Positions 1-14,494 of a stretch of 64,000 nt of DNA are shown piece by piece. Position 1 is the first letter of the stretch. Every line of letters begins with the position of its first letter. Made by a program: the position numbers and the translations under genes. This DNA comes from Octopus vulgaris (Eukaryota), in contig OX597816.1 of NCBI GenBank assembly GCA_951406725.2, positions 95,914,001 to 95,978,000 on the forward strand, in the 5' to 3' direction. The notes below the pieces were generated by a model, which saw nothing but the letters and a program-made list of their open reading frames with translations, was not told the DNA's origin and did not search any database.

Positions 1-50
1 CTGTCTGTCTGTCTGTCTCTGTCTGTCTGTCTGTCTGTATGTCTGTCTGC

Positions 51-85
<35 letters not shown>

Positions 86-93
86 TCTATCTG

Positions 94-128
<35 letters not shown>

Positions 129-240
129 GCCTGTCTGTCTATTTACCTGGTATGCGTAAGTATATACATATATATATATATGAGTGTGTATGTGTATGTG
201 CGCGCGCGTGTATGTGTGTGTGTGTGTATTTGTGTGTGTA
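1..240. repeat. compound microsatellite (CTGT)n/(CTAT)n/(TA)n/(TG)n
   Basis: Directly visible tandem repeats. Confidence 0.95.
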
Positions 241-625
241 TAATTTATCCACTCGGTCATACATATGTACACATCAACCAATTCAGATAACCTCAAACAA
301 AACGAAATGGCGACTCAAATAAAAGCCTCACATTTTGTTAGTGACCAGATTGAATTCTGCAAAAAAAAAAAAATCTGAAATAAATCCAACCCACAAATTC
401 ATACATCCGTCCGTCCGTCCGTCCGTCCATCCATCCATCCATCCATCCATCCATCCAGACGTGCAGGCTGTTAGATAGTAAGACAGATAAGTAGGGTTCA
501 GGAACAGTTTGAAGATCAGCTGAAAACGATCCAATGCGAGTAGTAAGCAGGAACCCTCTTATTACTGTATAACGAAGGAAAATTGTCCGTCTCGTTAAAT
601 ACCTTTGAAAAACAATCATTTAGAG

Positions 626-984
626 CAGTGATTTTCAACTGGGTCCATATAGCCCTTGAGGGCCCGTATAAGATTGGGCGGGGGTGAGGGTCCACGCAAC
701 AAAATAGTGAATTGGGGATGCACAACAGTATTTTAAGGACCCCCGAAAAAAGTTTGCTTCAGATGTATGTATTGGTTTGTATTGCAAGAAACAGCTACGT
801 TTCTTTCTCTAACATTTTACATAGTTCAACCCACACAAATTAATGTGCGAAAATCAAAACAGGAATCTTGAAAGAAAATTTCTATAAAACTAGCTTTTAA
901 ACAACGAATGGATATGGAGGTGGGCACCAGAATAAAATAGTAATCAATGGGGTCTAGAGAAAAAAAAATGGCTGGGAACCCCTG
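626..984. mobile_element. hAT (Charlie-like) MITE
   Basis: Left end CAGTGATTTTCAAC, right end reverse complement CAGGGGTTCCCAGC. Imperfect 8-bp TSD ATTTAGAG/TTTTAGAA resembles the NTCTAGAN Charlie target. Confidence 0.65.
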
Positions 985-2562
985 TTTTAGAAAGTTAATG
1001 TTTCATTAGATCAGGATTCCAAGAAATTCGAAATATTTACATTTGAATGAGCAAAAATTGTTGAAGACATGGTTGGGGATGCCTTGGATTATCATATCCT
1101 CAACCATGCCTTCAAGTATGAAAAGGAGGATTAAAGCAAAATTCACTCTTTCATCACACTGTATGTTAACTCTGTCTTAACTCGTTAAGTACAATTTCGA
1201 TGTAAGAAATATGAATAATAGATTTTCAGATACAAATTAAAGGATTCTTACCAAATTAAATAATGTCATCAAGCCCATATTTCCGTTACCTTATCTAAAA
1301 TTAAAATGTAACTTACAATTTACATTTTAATTTTTGGCTTTCAACACTTCTTGAACAAATATCAAAACATCTTTCATGAGTTTACGGGAATCTCCGGAGT
1401 TGAAAATATTAAACTGAATTACTCACATTGTAAGTGCATTTACTGTAATGAAAGCGTCCTCCAACTAAGATGTCTCGGTTATAGTATGTTAGGATACAGT
1501 CAATCCATACTTTGAATTTAAAAGTTCACAAAGAGTTTTGAGTTTCAATTGTGTGTGTTCGTTTATCCACTCAATAAGTGATTCAAAATGTTCTTATTTA
1601 ATACTCTTGAGTTTGTCACGGACACCTTCAGGGTGCAAATGAGATGCACAATCTGTATATACCTGCTGTTATATGATGCCATCTTCTTGACAGCTTGTGC
1701 TGCAGCGATGGATTCCCAATTCACTTTTTCAGCAACATATACTAAATGTATACGAATTACTAGTGAAGACTTCTTGTGTGACCTCTACTTATTTAACAGT
1801 TCGTGGAAGATCAATACTTACAGATTTATAAAAGGTATCGTTGCTTTCCGATTGGTTTTCCTCATGTAAACACAACATTGAAACTTAAGTGAATTGACGA
1901 AATTAATTTAGATTCAAATCGAATCAGTTGTAAATACAATCACTTCAAAATATCTACATCTATTCAGTTTAATCGAAATATCCATTACTTAATTTGCTTC
2001 GTGATTATTTTAATTTACTTCGAGGTTATTCGAATTTGCTTCGACTTTCAGTTCATGATAATTTACTGGGATATTTTCGAGGTTTTTCTTTTTCCTTCTG
2101 TTTTTGTTTGCTTCAAGTGTATTTTAATTTGCTCCAAGATTATTTTCATTTGTAAACTTTATATATAATATGAAAAGACACAGATCACATATTCCCCATT
2201 AGAATACGTGCATCCAGTTAAGTAAATCATATAAAGATACAGTACTTATTAGTATCATGGAGCTAGTGGATCTGTTGGCACTATAGCACATATTTATATT
2301 TGAGCGGTGCGTAGGCTGTGTAGTTGACGTTTCCAGACTCGAACACAAGTTATTTCAGTTGATACCCCGCTGTTCTATTACTTGAGCCCCCAGCTATTAA
2401 TTCCAGAATACCTACTATATGATTCTGTACTGTACCATCATATTTATAGAATTTAAAATTCGCTAATGTCGGATTTCCTTCTACTGGTTTCGACAATTAA
2501 ATTATCGCTAATAGATAATATTTGATTCAAATAACTTTACACTTCTCGAAAATTTTCCCTTG

Positions 2563-2566
<4 letters not shown>

Positions 2567-2626
<60 letters not shown>
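2567..2626. repeat. (TA)n microsatellite
   Basis: Visible. Confidence 0.95.
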
Positions 2627-2630
<4 letters not shown>

Positions 2631-3320
2631 AAAACCTTAGGGTGTCAAGCAAAATCACATTATTCAAATAGCAATCAGCTTATTGTAATAAAATTTATCG
2701 AAGCATAAGCTTGCAATGAAAGCGATACATGATGATCTGAACGAATTATGAACAGTGCGTAAAACTTTGTGAGATATATAATTGTTTTATATAGAATTGA
2801 AAACCAGAGATTTTGTTTCAATTAAGGAAGGAGGACAAAAATGAATTCATTTGAAAAGATATAATTGATTAACCTTGGTAGATTGTAGAATGATCAATCA
2901 TGTACAAATGAGTGTGAAATTCTTCGTGTGCTAAAGGCTACATGATTTGGGTGATCTGCTGGAAATAATTAATTTCCAAGTAATAAAATCCTAAATCGTT
3001 CCCTATTTATTGACAATTGAAGAGAAAAGAAGATATAATGACACATTTGGGGATGTAACACACAGACAAGCTTCATGTCATAAGTCCTCCAATAAAGAGT
3101 GCAATGTTAACGCAGTACACACGCACACAGACACTCCTACACATATTGTCATACGCGTCCCTTTACACATCTGCATATATACCCAACACACACACATACG
3201 CACACACACACATACACGTACACGTACACGCACACACAATCTTCCATACACATACAATGTATATAAATGAATTCAATTTATATTTAGATATTTATTGAAT
3301 AGGAAAAGAAAATTAGATTG

Positions 3321-3321
<1 letters not shown>

Positions 3322-3384
<63 letters not shown>

Positions 3385-3460
3385 ATGTATGTATGTATGT
3401 ATGTATGTATGTATGTATGTGTGCGTGTGTGTGTGTATGTACGTGTGTATGTATATATGC
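3322..3460. repeat. (TA)n/(TG)n/(TATG)n microsatellite
   Basis: Visible. Confidence 0.95.
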
Positions 3461-5035
3461 ATGTACTGTAAATTTCCTTTTGCAGATCTTTGTGCTTCAC
3501 TGGTCCCAATTTATCACCGACGTCTGTGTGGTGTGAGGAGACAAGTAAGACATTTAGTTCGTCCTTGGATGCTAGACTTCAGCTCGCAAATATTACACTG
3601 TTATTGCTATGGAAACAAGTGCAATCGAATATAATGCCCATGCACATTCAATGTCACAGTGAAAGGAAGAAATAATGACTGCATGTAGAAAACATTACTT
3701 AAGCGTTGATACAGAAAGATTATATTTCCGATGGATACGGGCAGGAAGGGGTTATCTGCAACTGAAAACAATTACAAAATAGCCACTTTAGGGCTAGAAA
3801 ATAATTGAGTAAAGAACAACAGAGCTCTAACATGAATAGCTGCAGAGCACGAATAAGCCAAGAAATATAAAATAAAGGCTAAGAGTTAATGGTTGGCAGC
3901 TGTGAGTACAAAGGGGTAATAACTATGAAAGTTAAAAATCTAAGCTAAAAAATGGGGGTGGAAAATGCCGGCAAACTAAACAGGTTGGGAACATACAAAG
4001 AAAAATTTCATTACAGGTAAAGAAGTCAAGAACACAAAGTTGATGCCGAGAGGTTTTTGATTGCAGTAAAAGTCAAAACATTTTCACCAGAAACTGCAAA
4101 AAGCATTTTTGAAGAAGCAAAGTGCATTAAGTAAATGTTGTAAATTTGGAAATGGGGAATGACCGATGCTCATAATGATTTCTGTCGTTATTTTATGCTT
4201 TGAAATGACTTCTAAAATTTTTACCTTTCTGAAAGAAAGATAATGATTTGACACGTGTCGCAAAAAAAAAAAAAAAACCCAAAAAATCTAATATTCAATA
4301 ATAGATTACGAAATACATCAAAATGGCAAAAAAAGTGCTGCTCAATAGATAAAGAAGCCAAATATATTTAACAGAAAAAGTTATTCTTCCATAGATCCTT
4401 TTACAATACACCACAATTACATTCATCATTAAATACATATGCAGTCAAGAAAGAACGGATTCATTAGGATCCGAACTTAAATCTTGAAAACGGTGTGACG
4501 AAACGAATGTCTCTCATCGACACATTCCTAGAAGTATACTGGACAAGTCGGAATACCGGATGTGTGGGTTCGATATGTAAGCTCGCCCAAAATAACAAAA
4601 ACGATAGTATTCACTTTCTCTAGTATTCTGCATGTCTGTTCAACTGCAACCATCAACAAGTTGTATATAAGAAATAAAGTTTCATTTTTGAGGTGAAAGA
4701 TAATAATGCACAGATGCTGTTTCAATTGCGAACAACACATTTTTTTATTAAACCCAGCAGGCTTTGCGCAATACCAGAGAATGTTTACTCACTGTTTTTC
4801 TATATACCGTCTAGATATGTGACTAGCGAAATACACATCATTGAAAAGCCCAAGAAAGTTTTAACGCGTCTGGCGTTGACGGGAGTCACTTCAGTGACTA
4901 AGTTCATTCTGCTCCGATCTCGTATATATACTGTTTTGTAACAAGACGTTTCAAACAAAATTCACAGCATTTCTAATTACAGTGTTTATACGTTAAGTAT
5001 GGTACATAGATGGCTCTCTCTCCCTCCCTCTCTGA

Positions 5036-5095
<60 letters not shown>

Positions 5096-5258
5096 CTGTG
5101 TGTGTGAAGAAACTACGTGTGTAACAGCAAAATTAGTAGAAGATAGATAACTAAATTTATCAATGATACAGGTACGGGACTCTTATATTCAGAAATGAGT
5201 TTCTGAGCAGCGATTCAACGCTCGCTCTACTTCATCAGCTTTTGCAAGCTTAATGCAT

Positions 5259-5334
<76 letters not shown>

Positions 5335-5920
5335 CACACACATATATATATACATACATGCATGCATACATAAATACACAAGTATGTGATGCATGAACGA
5401 CATTGGAATAGACAGAACATATAGTCATATGCCAATTTCCGTACGAAAAATTGTGTATACCATGATATACTATGAATGTATGCCCAAGACGCAATTAGAT
5501 CTACATGCGTCTGCGTAACCTTCTTGTAAATATCCAAGATGCATATGATTTCGCATACATGAATAGGTCGAACTTTCTGTGCCATAGAAGCGAACATGTA
5601 GCACTTGATGAAAATTGCGCTGGTTTGTAAAGTAGATAAGTTCTTGTAGAAATCGGTTCAGCAAAATAGCTACAGGTGAAAGGTGTTCAGTTTCGAGACG
5701 GTGTTGAGAAAAGCTCAGATTACAATCTGTTAGCTGGAATGATAAAACTGTTGAGGTGGCCACTGCTTTACACGAGGGAATCTGGACCGCTGGTCGAAGT
5801 GGTATTTGAATTGACACTACATAGCAACCCTGCGCCTGTATCTGCTTCGAGATGACTAGTAATACAGTCTCTGACCTACGTCGAAAGGCTGAGTTATTCT
5901 GACCACATAATACCGCAGTA

Positions 5921-6180
5921 GAGGTACGTGGCTTAGTGGTTAGGGTCTTGGACTCATGATCATAAGATTGTGGTTTCGATTCCTGGACCGTGCGACGCGT
6001 TGTGTTTCTGAGAAAAACACTTCATTTTATGTTGGTCCAGTCCAATCAGCTGGCAAATATGAGTAATCCTGCGACGGACCGGCGTCTCGTCCTGATGAGG
6101 AATACATACACCATGAAACCTGGAAACCGGCCCTTATGTATCGTTAATGCTCGAAAAGGTAACTTTACCTTTACTTTTTA
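5921..6180 (+). mobile_element. tRNA-derived SINE (family B)
   Basis: Head with A box TGGCTTAGTGG and B-box-like GGTTTCGATTCC. Body related to copies at 24790, 40150, 49090, 61200 and 63480. Confidence 0.75.
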
Positions 6181-6759
6181 CATAATACCACATCAGCTGG
6201 TCTTTATACTAGATAATCAATAACAATGATAGTAAGTTAACCCAAGTAAGATTGATCGGTGATTGTCGTTAATACAATATCAGTCTGTATCGCTAACTTG
6301 TTAGTCTGGTTTTGTGTCAGTTTATATGAATAAATGGATGAAACGGCGTATATTTTTATTGGTTCGAAAAAGTAATTACAGCGACCCCTGCCGCTTCTTA
6401 TTGTTACTTTGGAAACTGCTGCTGTTATTAACTAAGTAGGTTCACAAATGATTTGTCCATAAAGTTATGACATTGTAAGTATTGGTGCCCACAAGTCTCA
6501 GGTTAAAATCAATTGGTGGTGAAGTCAAACAGGAAAACCGAGGATTTACATTTGTGTGACTGGCTGGCTGGCTTTGAATATAATATGAGATATTCGTTAT
6601 TTACCATAGACCAAATAACATCTGGGTGCTTCATATCGGGCGGGCTAGAATATATAGGGCATGACAAGATTGCTACCTACTTTCATTGGACATATGTGAG
6701 GCAATGAATCCCCTTCCCATCCATCTGCAGAAAAATAGCATATGCGTAACCCATGGTTT

Positions 6760-7188
6760 ATACTCTTTTACTCTTTACTCTTTTAGTTGTTTCAGTCATT
6801 TGACTGTGGGCATGCCGGAGCACCGCCTTTAGTCGAGCAAATCGACCCCAGGACTTATTCCATGTAAGCCTAATACGTATTTTATCGGTCTCTTTTGCGA
6901 AACCGCTAAGTTACGGGGACGTAAACACACGACCATCGGTTGTCAAGTGATGTTGGGGGGACAAACACAGACACACAAACATATACACACACATAATGCA
7001 CACACACACACATATATATATATATATACGACGGGCTTCTTTCAGTTTCCATCTACCAAATCCACTTCACAAGGCTTTGGTCGGCTCGAGGTTATAGTAG
7101 AAGACACTTGCCCAAGGTGCTACGCTGTGGGACTGAACCCGGAACCATGTGAATCGTAAGCAAGCTACTTACCACACAGCCACTCCTA
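6760..7188 (-). mobile_element. tRNA-derived SINE (family A), near full length with internal microsatellite
   Basis: Minus-strand head GGAGTGGCTGTGTGGTAAG...GGTTCAGTCCC and tail GGCGGTGCTCCGGCATGCCCACAGTCAAATGACTGAAAC plus (GTAAAAGA)-like repeats. Matches the 59461 copy. Confidence 0.85.
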
Positions 7189-7249
7189 CTTACAAATTCA
7201 AATATTGTTATTTTTTGGAAAGTTATGCAGATACACAGAAACGTAGACA

Positions 7250-7251
7250 TA

Positions 7252-7290
<39 letters not shown>
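7250..7290. repeat. (TAA)n
   Basis: Visible. Confidence 0.95.
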
Positions 7291-7349
7291 TTTAATGATC
7301 ATCGAGTACTTAGATCTGTTTGGAATTGCGAGGAATGTAACGTGCTTCC

Positions 7350-9016
7350 TCAAGAGAAGTATGGTGTGATAGAAAACTGAACTGACATCTTACGGAAAAA
7401 GCTGGGCACCCTGGGTATCAGAAGAAGAATCTTCCAGAGTGACAGCCTATCTTCGTTGCTTTTCGTTCTCTGCATAATACCTCTGACATTTGTACTAAGA
7501 AAAATGAACCTGGGGTGCCAACTAAAGGAAAAATCCCAGACAATCAACCACCTCCTCTTCAAGGGCGATTTGAAACTGTATGGCAAAGATGAGACACAAG
7601 TGAGTTCCGTGGTGAACACGGTCCACTATTTTAGTACTGATACTATGTGGAGAGGCAAGGTACAGTCCCTAGCATGGTTAGAATTACCGAATAGAGACTT
7701 GATTAAGCAAACTGAAACGGAAGGATACAAATACTTTGGTGTACTAGAGTGCATCGAGATAACAGAAAAGGAAATGAAAGAGCAACTGAGGATGGAGTAT
7801 TTCCGAAGACTGAGGTTGGTAAAGTTCAAGCAATTAATACGTGGCGATAGCATCACTTCAGTATGGAGCAGGAATTATAAAATGGCAAAAGAGAGAAATG
7901 AAGACGATGGATAGCAAGAGAAGAAAAATGTTGACAGTACACGGAGTCTTCCACTCTAAGAGTGACACCGATAAGCTGTACTTGTCCAGAAAAAAGGGTG
8001 AGGGAGATTTTGATCAGTTGCTAGGACTGTATCGAAGCAGAGGAAAATAGCCTAGGGTGGTATATATAAAAATGCCGTGACCCACTGTTGAAACGCGAAG
8101 AAGGCTGGCGTCATCAAAACTGAAAATTATGTAATTAAAGAGAAATTTAAACAAGAAATGAACAAAGAAAGAAAGAAAGAAAGAAAGAAACGAAAAAGCA
8201 TGTTTGCAAGAGATGTGAACGCCAAGACGGATACAGAGGCCTGGTGGCTATGGATGAGGAAAAGTGACCTGAAGATAGAGACAGAAGCACTCATATGCGC
8301 AGCTCAGGAACAAGCGTTAAGGACCAATTATATGAAGTGCAGAATTGACAACAGTACCGATAGCGACAGCTGCAGAATGTGTGGTAAGAGGGGTGAAACG
8401 GTATGGCACATCGTTAGCGAATACCCGAAATTGGCACAACGCGAATAAAAACGATGCCATGAATGATCCATTGGAAGCTCTGTGGAAATCACGGCCTACA
8501 AAGAGCAAAGACTTGGTATGAATAAACCCCAGAAGGAGTCACCGAAAATGAGAACTGCAAAATCCTGTGGGATGTAATGATCCAGTGCGATCACCTGACC
8601 AGACATAGAAAACCGGACATTGTTGAGGTGAATAAAAATGAAGGAACATGTATGATTATCGACATAGCATGCTCCGGTGACGACAGGATCAATGTAGAAG
8701 ACAGAGTAGAAGACAAAATAAACAACTATGATGATTTAAAGTAGGAAATGGTAGTGGTCAATGAAGAGAGTAGACGTGATACCAATAGTAATTGGTGCAC
8801 TTGAAAGTATCAGCACTGAGCTACCAACATGGCTGAAAAAGATCGGTGCAAGTATGAGGGTAGAACACCTACAAGAATCAGCAATGCTTAGAACTGCAAG
8901 AATTCTTCGCAGGGTTCTTGAAACATGACCAGTAAGCAAGTGTCACCTTAGTCTGCTGGCTGTGGACAGCTGACGCTTTCTATCATACCCAGCAAAATAA
9001 GCTGCGAGTTTTCATA
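7350..9016 (+). mobile_element. R4/Dong-clade non-LTR retrotransposon, 5'-truncated and decayed (copy 1)
   Basis: RT motifs IFQSDSLSSLLFVLC and INHLLFKGDLKLYG; CCHC-type knuckle CRMCGKRGETVWHIVSE; restriction-like endonuclease ILWDVMIQ..RKPDIV..IIDIA; ends in (TAA)n. Confidence 0.85.
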
Positions 9017-9027
9017 TAATAATGATG

Positions 9028-9088
<61 letters not shown>
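9017..9088. repeat. (TAA)n
   Basis: Visible. Confidence 0.95.
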
Positions 9089-9438
9089 GTAAATATATTA
9101 AGTAATGTTCATAGAGATATCATTAAGAACAAAACAATTAACTGACTGGCGCTGAAATTAACCAAATTAGAACACAAATATTTCATGGTAGACCAAATGA
9201 ACACAGCAACAATGCAGATGAAATTGGTAACAGATGCACAAAATCCAGTTTACGAGCAGTACGTCCCAACGAAGAAGCTGAACAAAGAATAGCAAAGAAC
9301 AGAAATGAAGAAATAGAGGAAAGTATAGACCTACCTTAAGGACACCAAAATATTCATGACACAAAGTTTGAGAAGAATCATAGAGAAAAGATCATAGAAG
9401 CAAAGGAAGATATTATTAGAGGCAAGACTGAGTTTACT
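9089..9438 (+). mobile_element. duplicated 5' piece of the second R4/Dong element
   Basis: Near-identical to 10879-11236. Confidence 0.8.
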
Positions 9439-10820
9439 GTACTGATATTAGAATGGAATTTGGACTCAGAAATTCCCTAGCATGGTTAGAATTACCGAAT
9501 AGAGACTTGATTAAGCAAACTGAAACGGAAGGATACAAATACTTTGGTGTACTAGAGTGCATCGAGATAACAGAAAAGGAAATGAAAGAGCAACTGAGGA
9601 TGGAGTATTTCCGAAGACTGAGGTTGGTAAAGTTCAAGCAATTAATACGTGGCGATAGCATCACTTCAGTATGGAGCAGGAATTATAAAATGGCAAAAGA
9701 GAGAAATGAAGACAATGGATAGCAAGAGAAGAAAAATGTTGACAGTACACGTCTTCCACTCTAAGAGTGACACCGATAAGCTGTACAGAAAAAGGGTGAA
9801 TTGGGAGAGATTTTGATCAGTTGCTAGGACTGTATCGAAGCAGAGGAAAATAGCCTAGGGTGGTATATATAAAAATGCCGTGACCATACTGTTGAAACGC
9901 GAAGAAGGCTGGCGTCATCAAAACTGAAAATTATGTAATTAAAGAGAAATTTAAACAAGAAATGAACAAAGAAAGAAAGAAAGAAAGAAAGAAACGAAAA
10001 AGCATGTTTGCAAGAGATGTGAACGCCAAGACGGATACAGAGGCCTGGTGGCTATGGATGAGGAAAAGTGACCTGAAGATAGAGACAGAAGCACTCATAT
10101 GCGCAGCTCAGGAACAAGGGTTAAGGACTAATTATATGAAGTGCAGAATTGACAACAGTACCGATAGCGACAGCTGCAGAATGTGTGGTAAGAGGGGTGA
10201 AACGGTATGGCACATCGTTAGCGAATACCCGAAATTGGCACAACGCGAATAACAAACGATGCCATGAATGATCCATTGGAAGCTCTGTGGAAATCACGGC
10301 CTACAAAGAGCAAAGACTTGGTATGAATAAACCCCAGAAGGAGTCACCGAAAATGAGAACTGCAAAATCCTGTGGGATGTAATGATCCAGTGCGATCACC
10401 TGACCAGACATAGAAAACCGGACATTGTTGAGGTGAATAAAAATGAAGGAACATGTATGATTATCGACATAGCATGCTCCGGTGACGACAGGATCAATGT
10501 AGAAGACAGAGTAGAAGACAAAATAAACAACTATGATGATTTAAAGTAGGAAATGGTAGTGGTCAATGAAGAGAGTAGACGTGATACCAATAGTAATTGG
10601 TGCACTTGAAAGTATCAGCACTGAACTACCAACATGGCTGAAAAAGATCGGTGCAAGTATGAGGGTAGAACACCTACAAGAATCAGCAATGCTTAGAACT
10701 GCAAGAATTCTTCGCAGGGTTCTTGAAACATGACCAGTAAGCAAGTGTCACCTTAGTCTGCTGGCTGTGGACAGCTGACGCTTTCTATCATACCCAGCAA
10801 AATAAGCTGCGAGTTTTCAA
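9439..10820 (+). mobile_element. R4/Dong element copy 2 (tandem duplicate of 7635-9016)
   Basis: ORFs 9962-10252 and 10541-10744 are nearly or fully identical to 8158-8448 and 8736-8939. Confidence 0.9.
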
Positions 10821-10878
10821 ATAATAATAATAATAATAATAATAAGAAGAAGAAGAAGAATAAGAATAATAAGAAGAA

Positions 10879-13800
10879 GTAAATATATTAAGTAATGTTC
10901 ATAGAGATATCATTAAGAACAAAAAATTAACTGACTGGCGCTGAAATTAACCAAATTAGAACACAAATATTTCATGGTAGACCAAATGAACACAGCAACA
11001 ATGCAGATGAAATTGGTAACAGATGCACAAAATCCAGTTTACGAGCAGTACGTCCCAACGAAGAAGCTGAACAAAGAATAGCAAAGAACAGAAATGAATA
11101 AATAGAGGAAAATATAGACCTACCTTAAGGACACCAAAATATACATGACACAAAGTTTGAGAAGAATCATAGAGAAAAGATCATAGAAGCAAAGGAAGAT
11201 ATTATTAGAGAACTCAACAAGACTGAGTTTACTGACATATCCAATAGAAAACTGCTACTAAGGTTTTCAAGCAGCACAACAAATAACAATATAATCATGA
11301 TATATGACGTTGCTCTTAAACAGATCATAAGAAATAAAGGAAATGATCTAACAACCTTAAATAAAGCTATCTATTCTACTGCTAATGTAGTAACTGCTCA
11401 CCTAGGTATTAGGATGTCACAGAAAAGGATCAGACAGGTCAATAAACCTTATAAGTGAAAAGCAGCAATACAAAAAGAGATTAAATCTTTGCAGGCGGAT
11501 GTATCAGTTCTCGATGACCTTGCAACAAGAATAAATATTAAGATGCAAAAAGCTAGAAAACAAAATCAAGCAAAAATATAAAATCAAAGATTTAATAAAC
11601 CTCCCTGCAACCAAGGAACTATTGAAACAGCGCATACAGTTGAAAGCCAAACGGCTTAGAAGGTATGATAAAAGTATTAAATTTTATCAACAAAACAAAG
11701 TATTCTAGACAGATGTAAAGAAATTTTATAGAGAAATTAGCAAAAGTAAGATAGAAGTAAAGGAACCATTTAAGACTAAGAAAATAAAAGGATTCTGGAA
11801 GAAGATATGAAGCAACGAAAAAGAGTATAATGTTGAGGCTGACTGGATAGAACGTGAGAAAGAGAGACTGGATGAACTTGAAGAACAGAAATGGGAAGCA
11901 ATAGGAATAGAGGAGCTAAGGTGTGTCCTTAGGAAGGCTCATAAATGGAAAACCCCAGGACTGGATCGGATCCCTAACTTCTGGCTGAATTGTTTGACAG
12001 AGGTACACGAAAATCTCGCTGCATCTCTGTCTGATGTCATTCAGAACCCAGAGCAAATACCTGCTTGGCTGACTGAAGGAACCACCTACCTATTACCTAA
12101 AACCGAAGACACAAAAAACCCAAAGAATTACCGGCCAATAACATGTCTCAACACCACCTACAAGATCCTCACATTCATACTAAGTGAAAGAATATACACT
12201 TCAACAAGACCAAAAAGGTTGTAAACGAAATTCTTATGGGTGCAAAGAACAATTGCTCACAAACAGAATGATTGCAAAGAATTGCCGGGGAAAAACCGAG
12301 AACCTGAGTATGGCATGATTTGACTCAGGCTCGGTCTTATTTCTGGTAGGATTTATGTTAGTAGCAGGTTACTACCTGTAACCTTAAGTATCCACAAGAT
12401 TCTACTAGTCTTTCAAGTGCTTAGAAACCTCCTGATAATCTTTCCTATCTCTAAGAGGCAAACTTTCTGTAGAAGCTCTACAGAACATTCTATTTCAATC
12501 TCCAGGAAAGCGTTTGATACTTTCTTACACAAGTGGCTACTCAAGGCCCACGAGATATATAAGATCTCTCCTGTCGTCTCTAAATTCTTACAGGGTATCA
12601 TGGCCAAGTGGAAGACACGTCTCTTTCTAAATCATAATAATGGAACGAGCTAATTCAAAAACATCAACATCGAATGAGGCATCTTCCAAGATGACTCCTT
12701 TTCTCCATTACTTTTTTGCATGGTCCCACTCTCAAACAAGCTGAATAACACCAGGTATGGGTTCAAAAGTTTTAACACAATAATTAATCATCTGTTTTAC
12801 ACGGACGATCTAAGGCTGTTTGCTAGGAATGATGAAGAGCTAGTAGGGCTCTTAACAACTGTTACAGAGTTTAGCAATGACATCGGAATGGATTTTGGCC
12901 TCGATAAGTGTGCTAAAGCAACTTCTGTAAGATGCAAGCTCAAACAAACAGCTTTCATCAAACTAAGGGACTTGAAAGTTAAAAATACCAAGGAATAAAC
13001 GGATGGTATACATCATACTACAATGAAGAAAAAAAATTAAAAAGGAGTACTATAGGAGAATAAGACTTATACTGAAGACTGAACTCAACTCGAAAAATCG
13101 CATCGAAGCCATTAATACTCTGGCACTACCAGTATTCCAATATAGTTTTAACACTATTAACTGGAATCCTACGGAGCTGCAACGCTTGGATAGGAAGACA
13201 AGAGAAAATTATTTTACATCCAAGAACATGCACCACTCTAAAGCAGACGCTGACCATCTGTACCGACCTAGAGTTAGTGAAAGAAGGAAGAAATGATGCA
13301 ATTAGAACTGTGCTATAAGACCTCCACAATAGCAATGAACTGGAACTTATCTAGCACAGAACACCGGATGCTGCGACTTGTATGCAAACATGAAAGAAGC
13401 AAAAAAATCACATTCTATTGTCAAAGAAGCTTATAAATTCGCAAGGGAACTTGACATTAACCCTGAATTCGATGAAGAATCTGAAACCACTGCCAACAAG
13501 TAAGCAAAACGAATCAAGGACACTGCAAAAAAGAATGGGCAGAAACAAACTGAGGAGTAGGAGAGCCAGAAGCCCCTGCATGGACAATATATTCTTCGAA
13601 GACAAAATGCTGATGTAGACCAAGCAACAACCCATGAGTGACTGAGAAGTTCAAGACTGAAAGCAGTGACTGAAGGTTTGATATAGGTAGCACAAGATCA
13701 AAGATTGTTCACCAGAAATAATCAGGCTAACGTTCTTCAAAACGGTACTGATCCTAAATGCAGATTCTGCGACACATTTGACGAAACAATAGGCCATCTC

Positions 13801-14490
13801 GTTTCAGGATGTCCTGTCCTGACACCAAACAAATACAAAAATCGCCACGATAGGGTAGGACAGTATTTACACTGGAAAATATGTAAACATTACAAAATCA
13901 GCACTCCTGCTTACTGGTGTGAACATCAACCTGAACCAATCATTGAAGGTAAAAATCTCACTATCCTTTGAGATTTTCCAGTCAATACTGGCAGAGCGAT
14001 CCAAGATAATCGGCCAGACATAATATTAAAGGCAGGGAAGAAAATACTTGTAGACTAATAGATGTAAGTGTTCCCCTGATAAAAATATATCTGTAAAGGC
14101 ATTTGAGAAACTTAGAAAATATAAAGACCTGGAATTTGAAATACAAAAGATGTGGTATCTTAAAGCAAGATCTGTTCCTATTTTTGTAGGTGCCTAGTTG
14201 TGATAAAAGAAGGATGTCAGAAACATCTAGGCAACATTCCAAGAGAACCATGTCTCAGAGAAATCCAAAAGATTGTGCTGACAAATGCTGCCTACATCTT
14301 TAGAAAAACTCTATCAATTTAAATTTCTGTGTTGTATTACATGGAGATATTTCGCTATTGCCGCTGACACTCCCCCTCCCCAAGTTTTCACTTATACTGT
14401 AGCATCTCTTATTCTTCACTTGCCCTAGGGCGCTAGGTGTGTATCGTCAAGTAATTGCAACAAACATGCAGATTAAAAGTGAATAACAAT
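10879..14490 (+). mobile_element. second R4/Dong-clade LINE, long and decayed
   Basis: KNPKNYRPITCLNTTYKILT, INHLFYTDDLRLFA, CRFCDTFDETIGHLVSGC..RHDRVGQYLHW, NRPDI endonuclease motif; many stops and frameshifts. Confidence 0.88.
12316..12503 (-). mobile_element. inverted insertion of an R4/Dong 3' end inside the host RT
   Basis: Reverse complement matches 14582-14751; interrupts the D-x-RKAFD motif of the host element. Confidence 0.8.
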
Positions 14491-14494
14491 AATA

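Noticed and set aside
1588-1869. 93-aa ORF as a host gene
   Set aside because: No recognisable motif or splice context on either strand.
5190-5250. Hammerhead-like CTGATGA..hairpin..GAAAC on the minus strand
   Set aside because: Extra bases before stem II, and no convincing stem I or stem III.
5921-5995. tRNA gene
   Set aside because: tRNA-like head continues into a SINE body; no complete cloverleaf. The same applies to the other SINE heads.
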